64,000 nucleotides of DNA from the human T2T-CHM13v2.0 reference genome, Homo sapiens (GCF_009914755.1 NC_060939.1); one strand, 5' to 3'. Numbered from the stretch's first letter, positions 27,647 through 40,840 are shown. A program made the numbers and translations. The notes: generated by a model not told the origin, from the letters alone.

Positions 27647-28624
27647 CAGGGATTCCTTGCAAAGGTCCATGGAACCCTAAGAAATCTGTCAGTAGAACTT
27701 AATGAGTCCATGAATTTGGATGGTGTTAAAGCACACTAAATATGTCTTGAGAAGGACTCCGTACTTCTATATTTGAGCCCAGAGAATGAACTGCAACCTA
27801 ACTTAGTGGGTAGACAAGATTGAAAACTGAACTTAGGAGTATGCGCCTGTAACAGTGGCTGAGTCTTGGCCAATCCCAGCCGCCATACTTCAACCATTCA
27901 TACACTGTTGAGTGTTCAAACTGTGTTCAAATAAGGCAAACGCCGAGCTGTAACCAATCCAGCTGTTCCTGTACCTCACTTCTGATTTCTGTATGTCACT
28001 TCCCTTTTTTTGTCTATAAATTTGTTCTGACCAGCAGGCTTCCCGGGAGTCTCTCTGAATCTGCTATGATTCTGGGGGCTGTCCGATTCGCTAATTATTC
28101 ACTGCTCAATTAAACTCCATTACATTTAATTCAGCTGAAGTTTTTATTTTAACAATGGGAAAAATGCATCTTTATTTTTAGTAACTACTAACTGAAATTT
28201 AGCATTTTCTTCAGTTATGAATGGAAGCATCACACAATAGTGTTGGCAATATCTGTGACTTTGTTTCATCGAAGACATCAAAGTTATTTTTATATCCCAT
28301 GGTAGCTTTGACAAAATACTTAAAATATCATTTGCTTTCAGCACCACTTCAAAATTACATTAAAATTATAAAATTATAAGTAAAAAAAAAATCACCTGCC
28401 ATCAGATCTTATTATTTGGTGCAATAATAAAAAAGCATATCTATTATTATGTCAAACATTTATTCTTTTAACATTTTGATAGCTATATCTCACTGTAATT
28501 GGTTTCTTTGGTAATTCATATTGTGTTTTTTGCGTTTAAAAACATTTTTTTTTCTGGGAGGGGACTTCATAAGTTTCATCAGACTGCCAAAGGGGTCACA
28601 GCACAAAAATGGTTAAGAACTCAG
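27647..28624. mobile_element. MER113 hAT-Charlie element split by an LTR
   Basis: ggtccatggaaccctaagaaatctgt...gaatttggatgg | aaaaatgcatctttatttt...cagactgccaaaggggtc..gcacaaaaatggttaagaac. Confidence 0.8.
27724..28154 (+). mobile_element. MER57-like ERV1 solo LTR
   Basis: TG...CA termini (tgttaaag...ttttaaca), 4-bp TSD atgg at 27720-23 and 28155-58, two CCAAT boxes, TATAAA, ATTAAA. Confidence 0.88.
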
Positions 28625-28826
28625 ATCTGGTCCCTAGAAGCACATGGTTTGTCTCACATGCATATTCCAGGTCAATTGAGCACAAATGGATCTCCGAGGA
28701 AGATGGTGAAGACACATCAAGGTATAGTAGACAAGAATGCTGTGATCGATTAGCAATGTCTGTCACAGGGGCAATATGCAGAGGAGAGGTAGAATAGAAT
28801 CCTACACTATGATTTCCAATCTAGGC

Positions 28827-29038
28827 AGGTACTGCAAATAAAACTTGCTACAATGATGGAAATGTTTCATCTGTGCTGTCCAATATGGTAGCCATTAGCC
28901 GCACGTAGTTTTCGAGCACTTTTAATGCAGCTGGTGCAGCTGAAAATTTGAATTTTCAATTCTATTTAATTTTAATTATTTTGCATTTAAATTTAAATAG
29001 CCACGTGTGGCTAGTGGCTACCTCATCGGAAAACAACT
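28827..29038. mobile_element. MER3-like hAT element
   Basis: atgatggaaatgtt..tctgtgctgtccaatatggtagcca...ttaaatagccacgtgtggctagtggctac. Confidence 0.85.
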
Positions 29039-30158
29039 CTAAATTAATCCCACCCACCCCCACCCCCAGGCACCTCCCACCCCACCTCATTACCCTTCAC
29101 AAAGGAGGAACGCAGACTCTTAGAGAGATGGTCTTTCCCAGAGGCCGTTGGACCCATTTGTAACAAAGCCACATCAACATCCCAGATCTCTCTGTCTCTA
29201 GTTCAAAGTCTTCTCATTTATCTAGTGTTCCTAACTTGTTTTTGGCAGAATGCTGGTCCCCTGAACAATACACAGATGTGTCGTGAGAGAAGAAATAACT
29301 CAGCATTTACATATGTCCTCTTAGTAAAATGAGATAGGACACTATCTCTTCATCGCAGTAAAGCCTGATTTACGTGTTCCTTTTGGTTTTTGTTTAGATA
29401 TGTCAATTCAAAAAGGAAGAGGAGTAGATGCAAGAATTATTTTGTTTTTTGGCTCTGATAATTTGTTTCAAAAAACTATTTACAGGTGTTCTGGATAAAA
29501 CTGATGGCTGTTCTGCAATCTCTAAACATGTAAGAAATGCATTCTAAGCCAGACTGCTTCCAGGGCTGACTGATGCACTGAGGCAGGGTCTCCATGTTGA
29601 CTCATGCTGAACTACAGAACACTGCCTGGAACTCGCTGCTCGCTCTCAGTTGGCCGGAGGGGCCTCTGCTGATGGAGAATTTATGGTGGGAAGTCCTGCC
29701 CTGGGGAAGGGACCATTTCTGATGAGGTCATGAGGAGGGAATGCCTTCCTCAGCGGAGATGGGAGCCTGGGAAGGCGGCCAGGAGCATGGTAGGGGAGGC
29801 ACAGTCCCTGAGACAGACGGATGGAAAGAGGATGAGAAATTCTGTGGGTTAGAAACCATCTGGGATCTCAACAGGTTGCTTGGTAGTTTCACTCTCCTGC
29901 AGGCTCAAGTCCTAGAAAAAATGCAAACAATAGGCTTTTTTCCTCTCCTGGCTAGGAGAGGCCCTAACCTTGCATTAACTTGGTGGATGTGCCCACAGTT
30001 AAGGCTTGCCGCAACTCAAAATATCCATACATAGCAAAACTGCCCAACACACTGATTAGAATGTTTTCTAAAATTTCAATGGCATTTAAACAATTTTCAA
30101 AGACCAATTATTGCAGACCAGCAGATCCTGCCCCAGACATGCCGAATCAGACTTTTAG

Positions 30159-30491
<333 letters not shown>

Positions 30492-30679
30492 GAGAATCTA
30501 GGTTTTAATCAAAGCTCCCAGCTGATTTTGATGTGCAGTCGGGTTTTGAAACTACTGTCCTAAAGGATGACATCTGTACCCTTAGCCTTGGCATTCAAGG
30601 CCTCCAGAAGCAGGCCCTGCTCTCTACAAGTGGAGCACCATAGTGGGAAGCACACAAATTGTGTAGTAATGATATAAAT

Positions 30680-30873
30680 AAATAACAGCATCTAACATTT
30701 ATTGAGTGCATGGCAGATGTCAGGTGTCAGGCTAAGCGCTTTAAATGAATTGCCATTTCATCTGACTGTTGCCTCTGTTATTACCATTTTGCAAATGAGA
30801 AAATTAAGGCACACACAGTAAGTATAGAAATGAGATCTGAGATCTGGCAAGCTCCAAAGTTCATGCCCTTCAC
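30680..30873 (-). mobile_element. MIR
   Basis: taacatttattgagtgc...ccattttgcaaatgagaaaattaaggcaca. Confidence 0.75.
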
Positions 30874-30874
30874 C

Positions 30875-30988
30875 TAGGGTGGTCAACTATCCCGGTTTCC
30901 CAGCGACTGAAGTGTTGCTCAAGACATGGGACTTTCAGCGGTAAAACCGGGAAAGTCCCAGGCAAACAGGGACAAGTTGGCCATTGTA
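30875..30988. mobile_element. MER81 hAT-Blackjack MITE (114 bp)
   Basis: tagggtggtcaactatcccggttt...gggactttcag..taaaaccgggaaagtcccaggcaaac.gggac.agttgg. Confidence 0.85.
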
Positions 30989-31009
30989 TCTTGACTTGGA
31001 GACTTCTGC

Positions 31010-31195
31010 CTGAGATGGAAGCTCAGCTCTACCACTTATGACTGTGTGACATGGGGCCAGCCTCTCCACCCACAGGTTTCTTATATTCCTCATCTGAAAA
31101 CAAGGATGATCACACCTATCCCGCAAGGCGGTTGTGGCCATCGCATGAGATAGCACATGTAACAGCAACCCGCTGTGTGTCTGGCACTGACAGAA
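31010..31195 (+). mobile_element. MIR
   Basis: cagctctaccactta..ctgtgtgac..ttcctcatctgaaaa...ggttgtg. Confidence 0.65.
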
Positions 31196-31244
31196 AAGGC
31201 CAGCTCCCCAACACATCCACCTGGAAAGCGCCACTTGGCCCAAT

Positions 31245-32440
31245 CTGTGTTTACTTCAAGTCTGGAGAAGTCTCGGCCATTATCTCAAGTGGTTCTCCAC
31301 CATTCCCTCTACGCTCGCCTTCTGGCCTCCTATTCAATGAGATACATATGGGAGTCTCTCCGTCAAGCTTAATTTTCTCATAAGTTCTCTCTCGCATTTT
31401 AAAAACTTTTTGTGTGTACTCTGGGTGAAGTCCTCAATACTCTTCTTCATTTTACTCTCTTTCTTCAACTCTACCCAACTAAACTTTATCCTGATTATTG
31501 AGTTTATTCAATAACTCATAACTTTTAGTCATTTACAGATAATTTAACATTTTAACTAATAATTTTTTATTTCCAGGATTTGTTGTTTCTTCATCATATC
31601 CATCTGATCTTGCTTCACAGCTGCCTAATGTTTGCTTTACAGATTCCTGGGACTTCTGCCCCCAAGTCAATTTCTCCTTGTACCTCTTTGAAGTGGGTTC
31701 TCCCGCCTGTTGGTTCTGTTGACCACCTCTCTTAGCCTCCCTTCTCCTCTTGCATTTTGGAATTTGGGCTTGCAGGGGCCTCTGGAGCTGCAGCTTACTG
31801 TGTTTCGTTTTGCATTTTTCCTCCCTCTGTGTCATCCCTTCCTCCCTCTAAGGCAGTATCCCCGTTGCGTCCTTTCTGATCCAGGAACCCCAGTTCACAA
31901 CCAAGTCTAATACTGGAGGCTCAAGGCTCTGCCTGGGGCTGACTCCAGCGATCTGACGGAGCTGGAGGCAGGCATTGCCCAGGACCTGGCTACATGGCTG
32001 TGTCTGCTCCCTTCCATAGGCCTGGGGAGGCAGCTTTAGGAAGTGGTGGGCCAGGCAACAGTCACTGCTTTCCTCCAATCTCCCTTCATGGGCAAAGGAG
32101 GCCTGTCCCACCCCAACCTCACAGAGTGGGCCTGGCTCTGGTTCCCACCTGACATGGGGTGCTTTCACTCCCCTTTAAGTCAAGAAAAGCCAAGAAGGCC
32201 AGTCTTGCTGCCTTCGTCAAGACCCAGAACCACCCAGCCCTAGCCTCATTCACCCTCACCCAAGGGTCTGCGCCTTGTGCTGTTGAATGAACACTGAGCT
32301 GTTTATCTAGCATTTGACTCTCCTTGTGTTTTTTTTTTTGTTGTTGTTGTTGTTTCTCTTATTTTTAGTCTTTCTTTACCCAGCGTTTGGAGAAAAGGAA
32401 GTCCTGAAAGGATCGTTCTACTAAATCATCTTGACTTAGA
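31245..32440 (-). mobile_element. HAL1/L1M 5'-ORF1 relic (patchy)
   Basis: ttcaagtctggagaagtctcggccattatctc; tctgggtgaagtcctca; terminal catcttgac; very degraded. Confidence 0.45.
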
Positions 32441-32644
32441 TATTTATGTGAAATTGTGTTTTAAAAGAAAATTAAAACCAAGGAAGATACAAAGTTTTCA
32501 CACATGTTTCATTTGGCACTTAAATTAATAGCCAAGTAACCAGGAGAAAAAAGCAGGAAGCCACACTGAGAGAAAGAGGGACTATACTGGGTCCTCGCTT
32601 AGGAATCCACTGTTAATTCGCCACACGATCTTCAGTGCCGAGGG

Positions 32645-32780
32645 TGTTTTGTTTTTGTTTTTGTTTTTGTTTGAGAAAAGAGCTCACTCTGTCACCCAAC
32701 GCTAGAGTGCAGTGGTGCGATCCTCCCACCTGGCCCTCCCAAAGTGCTGGGATTACAGGTGTGAGCCACTGCGCCCAGCC
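32645..32780 (-). mobile_element. Internally deleted AluJ (left-arm 5' end fused to right-arm 3' end)
   Basis: ctcactctgtcaccca..gagtgcagtggtgcgatc joined directly to ctcccacc..cctcccaaagtgctggg; (TTTTTG)n tail. Confidence 0.88.
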
Positions 32781-33291
32781 TTGTGTGCCAATTATTTAGT
32801 GCCTTGTCTCTCCCTGTTAAATTGAGACCTCTTCCAGTTCTAGAAGTCTGTGATTCTCTAACCAAAGATCAACATAGCCCAGTGTCCTTGGAGCCTGAAG
32901 CAGGATCCTAGGTGTCTCCTTTTCACCGGCCCCCAACTCTCAAATGACTGGCCTGGCCACCACCTCTAGGACTGCCATTCCAGAAATTATAGAATTTAAC
33001 AAAGTCTCTTTGGGTCTGACAGGGCAAATTATTGCTCTAAGGCTATTTATGTTTTCCCTTTTTCTTCCTCCTTTTTCTCTGACCCAAACTTGAATCCCCC
33101 ACGAGTGTTTTAGAAAATCTCAATTCAGGGGCAAGTGGAGTTTCTAAAGGAATACAGGAGTTACCATCTCCATTCCAGACATTACAGCTAGCGAAGGTAA
33201 GTATATAACTTGCACAAGGCCACTTGGCAAGTGGAAAAGTCAGGAGGGAATCCAGAGCCCTCTGCCTCCACAGCCCACACGCCTCAGCACA

Positions 33292-33346
33292 GCACACACT
33301 GCCCAGGCACACACTGCCCAGGCACACACTGCCCAGGCACACACTG
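33292..33346. repeat. Perfect 15-bp minisatellite (gcacacactgcccag) x3.7
   Basis: Units at 33292, 33307, 33322 and partial at 33337. Confidence 0.95.
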
Positions 33347-33907
33347 AGGCTCTGAGACCGGCAGGAGCCAGCACTGGAAAGATCACTCCATGCCCACTCT
33401 GCCTGCTCTGGGCACAAGTCCTCCAACAGAGAGCCACAGCAGCCCCCAGGATGTGTGCCAACAATTGCTGCTCACACCCCACATTTAGGGCCAACTTCTA
33501 CAAATACTCCCTCAATCTCGCTTGCCAGTTGGGCATTTTATTGAAGTCATAGGGGGTGAACTTTACAGATCAAGACTAATCATCTCCCCCTCTTCCTCCA
33601 CTCACCATCATTTAATCCTCGAGGCAATGTTATAACCTCAGAACACAGCTCCTTTGCCAAGGAAAACAGCTTACGACTTTGTCATTTTCTTGGATTCATA
33701 ATTCCCAGCTCAGGGCAAAAGGGCAATGTTCCTCCTTACCACCCTGAAGCCTCTCTCCTCTGCACCCCTCTCTCCCTTCAGGGCCCTGTCACCCCTACCG
33801 CCTGGGCCCTCTCACCCCTACAGCCTGGGCCCTCGTTACCACCCCTTCCACACTCACAGCAGCCCACACCGGGAAGGAAGAGATCAGTGTGTCGGCATTA
33901 AGGGTAG

Positions 33908-34216
<309 letters not shown>

Positions 34217-34649
34217 AGGGTATTCTTTCCCAGGGGGCCTTCCTATTTAATGGAGCACATTCTTTAAGCGTTTGCACATGCACACACATACACACTTACG
34301 CACAACATTTACTGTTTTTCTGATTAGCTGGCTAAAATGTGTCCATCATAGAAAATTTGAAAAGTACAAAAATGACCAAGAAGAGAGTCAGAACCCATAA
34401 TCCCACCACTCATAAACCCTCCATTAACTCTTTACCGTATTTCCTTCCCGTTCTTTGTCAGAGTGTGTATGTGTGTGCGAATGTATCTTAGCGTGTATGT
34501 GTTCAGTTCTGCGTCTTAGTGTGTATATGTGTTCTAGACTACATATGTATGTATATATAGACTACATATATAAACACATACATATGTAGTCTAAAACTCA
34601 TATACACACTACTATATACACGTAGTCTAGAATATGTTTCCAGGTGACA

Positions 34650-35470
34650 TTGTTTCATTGCTGCACCTGCCAGTTCCTGCCCGCATACCATAATGTTTAC
34701 ACTCTTGTTGTGTTATAATAGACTTTAATTCCTAGTGGGCCAAATCCTCCATCACCCTTTTTTCAAGATTTTAAAAATTATTCTCAACTACTTCTTTTTC
34801 CTGATGAATTTTAGACTTATTGTGATAAACAACTAATTTTAGACTTATTGTGATAAGCCCATTATGGATTGCAAGTTCATTAAATTTATAAATTTATTGG
34901 GTAAAATTGGCATCTTACAGTATTCGGATTTTCTACTCAAAAAAATAATATATGGCTATCTATTTAGTCAAACCTTCTTTAATATCTTTCAATAAAGTTC
35001 AAAGTTTTCTTTCAAGTGGGTCCTAAACATTCTTGTTGAGGTTTTTATAAATTTTTTATTTTTTGTTGGGCCATTGGGAATTGGGATCTTTTTCCTCTAA
35101 ATATTTCTAATTTGAACTATGGTTTGGAAAAAATATTCTGCATCTAGCTATTATCTTACTCTCTGAATAATTGTAATACTTTTTCATGAGTTACTGTACA
35201 ACTTCAAGAATCATGTTAATAGTAATAATATCGGTGATCTTATCTTAATTTACCATGGATTATTTTTATATCATTAAGGATCTATTTTTCTAATCCTAGT
35301 TCTTAGACTTTTAAATCAAGAATTGGTATTGAAATTTATCACATACATGTTCATTATCTGTTGAGATTATTGTATTTTTCTTATTTTACATGTTGATGTT
35401 AAGAATTACCTCATAATTTTCTAACACTAAAATATCTTTATATTTCTGGAATCAAAACTCTTCTTTTTCG
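34650..35470 (-). mobile_element. L1ME-type ORF2 3' relic
   Basis: atgaattttagac; cattaaatttataaattt..ttggg.aaaattggcatctt; tatctttcaataaagtt; ttttaaatcaagaattggtattgaaatttatc. Confidence 0.65.
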
Positions 35471-35475
35471 GTGAA

Positions 35476-35766
35476 TTTTTTTTTTTTTTAGAGACAGGAT
35501 CTCACTCTGTTGGCCAGGCTGGAGTACAGTGGTGCAATCATAGCTCACTGCAGCTTTGAACTCCTGGGCTCATGCAGTCCTCCTGCCTCAGCCTCCTGAG
35601 TAGCTGGGAGAACAGGCATGTGCTATCACACTTGACTAATTTTTTTGAAAAACATTTTGTAGAGATGATGGGTCTTGCTATGTCGCCCAGGCTAGTTTCC
35701 AGCTCCAGGCCTCAAGCAATCTTCCCAAAGCACTGGGATTACAGGCATGAGCCACCACACCTGGCC
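35476..35766 (-). mobile_element. AluJ element
   Basis: caatcatagctcactgcagc J diagnostics, small deletion in left arm, degenerate TSD ggtgaa(t/a)tttt. Confidence 0.92.
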
Positions 35767-35864
35767 CCTCTGGTGAAATTTTAAAATGCACTATTGAATT
35801 TGATTCATTTATGTTATATTTAGGATTTCACAACTGCTATACATACAAGTGAGATGACTTTACA

Positions 35865-36220
35865 GCAGCATGTCCCAAAGTGTGTTCTACAGAACACTGT
35901 TGCTATGAGTTGTGCCACTAGAAATGGAAAGAGAAGAAAAGACATTAAAAGGGGGAGAGAGGAAAGAAAAGAAAAGGAAAGGAAACGTCTGGCATTGCAA
36001 GGTTTGGGAAATACTATATATCCTTCCAGGAGATTCACTAGGTACATTCTCATTTTAAAGATTCTAAGATCTGCTAGAGTTAAGAGCAAGGGAACATGCT
36101 GTGCTTAAATTTGTATAATCCAGCATTTCCCAACACGATCGATCACAGAGCCCCCATTTCACATAATTCCTCTTAACACCCTGCAGAACTCATGTCTGAG
36201 GCATGCCTTTTGGAAAGTGT
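35865..36220. mobile_element. MER103C-like hAT-Charlie element
   Basis: tcccaaagtgtgttctacagaacact...aggtttgggaaa...ggagattcac...ccagcatttcccaa. Confidence 0.65.
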
Positions 36221-37307
36221 CTTTGTCAGTTTTATTATCAGAATTACACCATTTTCACTAGAAAGGCTCTCCCTTGTCTGAACTTCTAATAAGAGGCTTA
36301 TAAATCCATTAAACTCCATTGCTGCTACCCTACACCATAAGACATTTATTGTTTTCTGTAGTCATCTTCCAACCTAAGCTTATGCCTTTCACTTTTATGG
36401 TTCTGAGATATTGTCTCACTCCACTGGGTCCCTTTGGAATCTCAAGCATGCAGAAAAACTCTGAACCTTCAGATGGATCGAGTTTGGAATAGTCTTTATT
36501 TAACATTCCCACTATAGTTGAGTGGATCTTGCTCAAGCTTCCCCCAGTTCACCGGGCTATATGGCCTTGGCCATCCACCTGCAAAGTCTTCCTTCCAAAA
36601 CAGCCTGTCTCATCAACTCAAAGTGCCCTGTGGGGCCCAGGTGACATTTACACCATCCCTTGCCCTGCATTCTAAAGCCATCTGCTCCAAATCACTATCC
36701 CCTTTGCTCACTGTCCTTCCAACTCCAAGATCTCATTTTTCCTACAAATACCCAATAGTTACTCAAAACTCATCAACACAAGTACTGACAGACATGTTAT
36801 TAGTTACCAAAAATCGTTTCCAGAAGTAAAACCCCTCTAGGCATTGTGGAGGATATATTGATTCACCTTATGGCCTCTGCCCTTGAGGAGTTCCAATTCT
36901 TTCGAGGTAGATGAATAAGTATCAAATCACGGCATTAAAGCTTTTGACCCAGTGCCTGGCAGAGAAAAGGCTCAGTAGCCATTGACTAAAATCACGTTGA
37001 ATGTAGAATGACAAGTGCCATACTGGAGTTCTGTGTAAAGCGTGTGGTTAATCTTCTGAAGAATTTGCAGATCAGTGACATTTGAACTGGGTTTTAAAGA
37101 TTGAATAGGAGCTCATGCTGCAGAGCAAGGGGGCGATGCAACAAGTCACAGCTGGATCAGACTTTCTAATGCTCTTTTCCGTACCAACCCCACTTGATCC
37201 TCACAGAACTGTGAGGTAGACGTCATTGTTGCTGAACCCATTTTACTGTTGAGGAAGCTAAGGATCACTTACAGCAGTGAGCATGTCCAGATCAAAAGAT
37301 TCCAGGG

Positions 37308-37606
<299 letters not shown>

Positions 37607-37877
37607 TCAGCACTCTGATGGCAAACATTTATTTTTACAAGGTGCTGAGGTCCCAGGAAAACAAGGTAGGTGTGGTCCCTGCATTCATGGAACTTGCAGG
37701 CTAAATTCACAGAACTGTAGGCCTGCAAATTCTTCCTGCATAGAGGTCCTTAGCTCACCAATTAGTGAAGGGGCTAAAGACATTGCTTTTTCCATGGACG
37801 GAAGCTGTGCCCACATTGAGTATGGGAAAAAAAAATGATCCCCCCAGCCAGAGCGGGAGACCTGCAGACGCTCTCAA

Positions 37878-38050
37878 AGCGGTGGTGCTCACCCCTAGCT
37901 TATATCTGAAGCACTGGAGAATCATAAAAATACTGGTGCCAGGCCCACCCAGACTACCAACATCAGAAAGTGGTTTGGGTGGGAGTGGGCAGTACTTTTT
38001 TAAAAGTGCCCACCTGATTCCAGTGAAGCCATCATCGTAAAGCGGTGTTC
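37878..38050. mobile_element. MER5-like hAT MITE
   Basis: aaaaatactggtgccaggcccacccaga...atcagaa...ttttttaaaag..ccacctgattcc. Confidence 0.6.
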
Positions 38051-39449
38051 TAAGGGAAAGGTTGAGGCAGTGCAGGACACAGTTAGGATATTCTAATTCT
38101 GGTTCGTCATTCCTTCACCCCTTGCCTCCCCATGTGCACCCCAGCAGCTCCCTCTCCTGATCCTGTTCTCAGAGGGCCCACATCTGCTCTATCCCAGCTA
38201 CCTAACACAGGGACCAAGATGTGCCCCCGGGACCATCACCACCGAGGACTTGACTTCTAACTCTCAGATCCCAAAGTGACATTCAAAAGGGGCCTTCTGG
38301 GGGATGGCTCCTGGTAATACTGGTGGAAAAATCAGGCATAAGAGAGCCAACATGCAATGGGCCATTAGGGATTTCTGTTCAGTCACATCACAGTCTGCTC
38401 AGCTAAACTGTAAGGCTGGGCCTGGTATACAGAGGTAGGCCAGCTCTCCCTGATGGGACCACTCTCTCCCCACTCACTGCCTCAGAGGTGTCAGGGGAGT
38501 GAGGAGAGACTCATATCCTGCTTTTTACCCGTGGCCGGGTCAGCCCCAGATGCAAATCCCAAGGGAGACCAGGGCCTGGAGCAGGCAGGCGCCAGCCTAA
38601 CTGGGGAGCTCATTCACCCCCCGACTACTCACCCTGCTGTCTTAGGCATTTTCTCAGCAATTCAGGGAAGGAACAGCAGTGCCTGAAGTCCTTCAAAAGT
38701 CTACCCGGGCAAATGGTGTTAAGGGGTTTCCCTTCCCTTTGTGGAGTTCAGCCTGCTCTGCCCCACACCACATCCTTGGTGCTTTCCTAGGAAGGAGGTG
38801 ATTTCCTCCAGCCAACAGCAACTGGAACATATTCTGGAATTCATCTGGATTCACTGAGAGTGTGAGAGGAGGTGGACAAGGGCATGGAACCAAGGTCACA
38901 GAGCAGTGCAATCCAGTTCACCTGATGCCACCTGATGAAGCCATTGAGATTGTGGTATTACAGGAACAGAAGCCAGCCTTGGGCTGTCAGCTTATCGGTT
39001 GGTCATCACTACTATCTTCCAATGTACATATTTCCAGAAATGATTCATTGCACTAGATCCCTGTAGCCTTAAGACAGTGATGTAATGTGAAAAGGGACCT
39101 GTAAAAGGAAATCCTTCCTGTGAATGCAGAGTATTAGATTGTAGATTTCCCTGGCCATCCACTGAATGGAGGTGGGGTCTGTGCTGAAGTCTGACTATTG
39201 CATCTTCCTGGCCTTATTTCCTCATCTACAAAACCGAGAATACTACTGCCCCCAGAACTGCTCCCCTGGGATGCTGTGAACATGAATAAGTTATTGATGG
39301 CAGAGAACAGGCTACTAAATCAAACATTCCCATCATGTCTGTTTCCAATTTCTCCTTTCAGTGAACATTTATTTATTCATCGTCTGCAGCATGGAGCAGC
39401 ATGCCCTGCTCTGGTAATGTTCCTCTTTTGTGTGTCAAAGGCAAAGAGC

Positions 39450-39637
39450 AAAGTCTCAGAATCCACACTGCTTAGATTTTAATCCTATCTCTCCACTTCC
39501 TAGCTGGGTGAACTTGGATACCTTAAATCTGTGCCTCAGTTTCCTCATCTGTTAAGTGAAGGTAATAATAGTATCTACCTCAAAAGGTTGTTATCGAGAA
39601 CAAATGAGTTAATACATATAAATGGCTCAAAATTATT
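39450..39637 (+). mobile_element. MIR (resumes at ~39915-39950 after the FLAM)
   Basis: ctgtgcctcagtttcctcatctgt.aa..gaaggtaataatagtatctacctca. Confidence 0.85.
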
Positions 39638-39765
39638 GCCAGGTGCAGTGGTGCATGCCTGTTGTCCCAGCTACTTGGGAGGCTAAGACAGAAGGATCAC
39701 TTGAGCCCAGGAGTTCAAGGCCAACCCAGACAATATAGCAAGAACCCATTTCTATATAAAAGAAA
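39638..39765 (+). mobile_element. FLAM_A-like Alu monomer
   Basis: gccaggtgcagtggtgcatgcctgt.gtcccagctacttggga...ggatcacttgagcccaggagttcaagg. Confidence 0.88.
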
Positions 39766-39771
39766 AGAGAC

Positions 39772-39797
39772 AAAGAAAAAAGGAAGGAAGGAAGGAA

Positions 39798-39851
<54 letters not shown>

Positions 39852-39911
39852 AAAGAAAGAGAAAGAAAGAAAGAAAGAAAAGAAAGAGAGAAAGAAAGAA
39901 AGAGAAAGAAA
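39772..39911. repeat. Compound (GGAA)5(GAAA)13+ purine microsatellite
   Basis: 140-bp tract containing only A and G on + strand. Confidence 0.95.
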
Positions 39912-40031
39912 TTGAACAAGCACATAGTAAGTGCTCAATAAACTCTTGCTACAAGGATAATGATTAATACATAGCACTCTCATATAATGAGCCCAACAGA
40001 AAGTTATTTAATTTGCTTATTTGGCACCTAA

Positions 40032-40210
40032 ACAGAGTTCCCAAACTTGTCTGCTGATTTTTAAAAATTACCCAAGGTGCTTGTTAAAAATAGAGGTTCC
40101 AGGCCCCCACCCTGAAGATTCTCATCCAGCAGATCTAGAATGGAGCCCAGGAGCCGTATGATGAACAAATACCTGCATGATCCTAATGAAGGGTTTAGGG
40201 AACTAACTGC
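40032..40210. mobile_element. MER5/MER117-like hAT MITE
   Basis: cagagttcccaaactt...ggtgcttgttaaaaataga..ttccaggccc...ggagcccagga. Confidence 0.65.
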
Positions 40211-40840
40211 TTCTCTAATGGGACCAAGAGCCTAACAGGACTAAAATCTGTGCTTTTTTGCTTCCTCTTCCTCACTCTCTCAATTAATCTGAAATGCCAG
40301 AGAGGGGGAAAATGCTTGACTTAGGAGCTTTAGGAAAGCTCATCTTTTCTCCCCCATCCTATTTAACGAAGAGAGGCTTCCTAGAAGAGGTGAGGAGACT
40401 TCTAAAAGGACTGGAACAAAGGGAGAGTCCTGGGCTGAGACAGGAAGGTGGTGAGTTGTTGCAAGATTTGAGACAACAGGGGAGGAAGGGAGGATGGGCC
40501 AGGGAGGCCCAAGGGCCTCACACATGCAGAGTCCTGGGCGGCATGGTATCTGGGAAGCCTCTCCAGGCATCTGTCCTTCCCTTTACCACCATTATGCTTT
40601 GGATAAAATCCTGAGGGGCCCAGTAAACCACAGGCCCATTCTCCCAGAAATTCTGACCCATTTGTTGAACCATGGGTTCATTTCTTAAACCACATCTCCT
40701 GAGCATTTTCCTGGGACTGGGAACACAAAATTGAGTGTGAGAGTCTTTGACAGAAAGCTTCTCTCCATGGAGAAGCTTGGTGTCCAGCAGGAAGGTCGTG
40801 GGAAAAGATATTAGCAATGCAACATGGAAAACGTGAACTA

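Noticed and set aside
33292-33346. CRISPR-like array (also considered 63662-63729 and 52021-52290)
   Set aside because: No unique spacers of regular length between constant repeats, no cas genes, and primate context.
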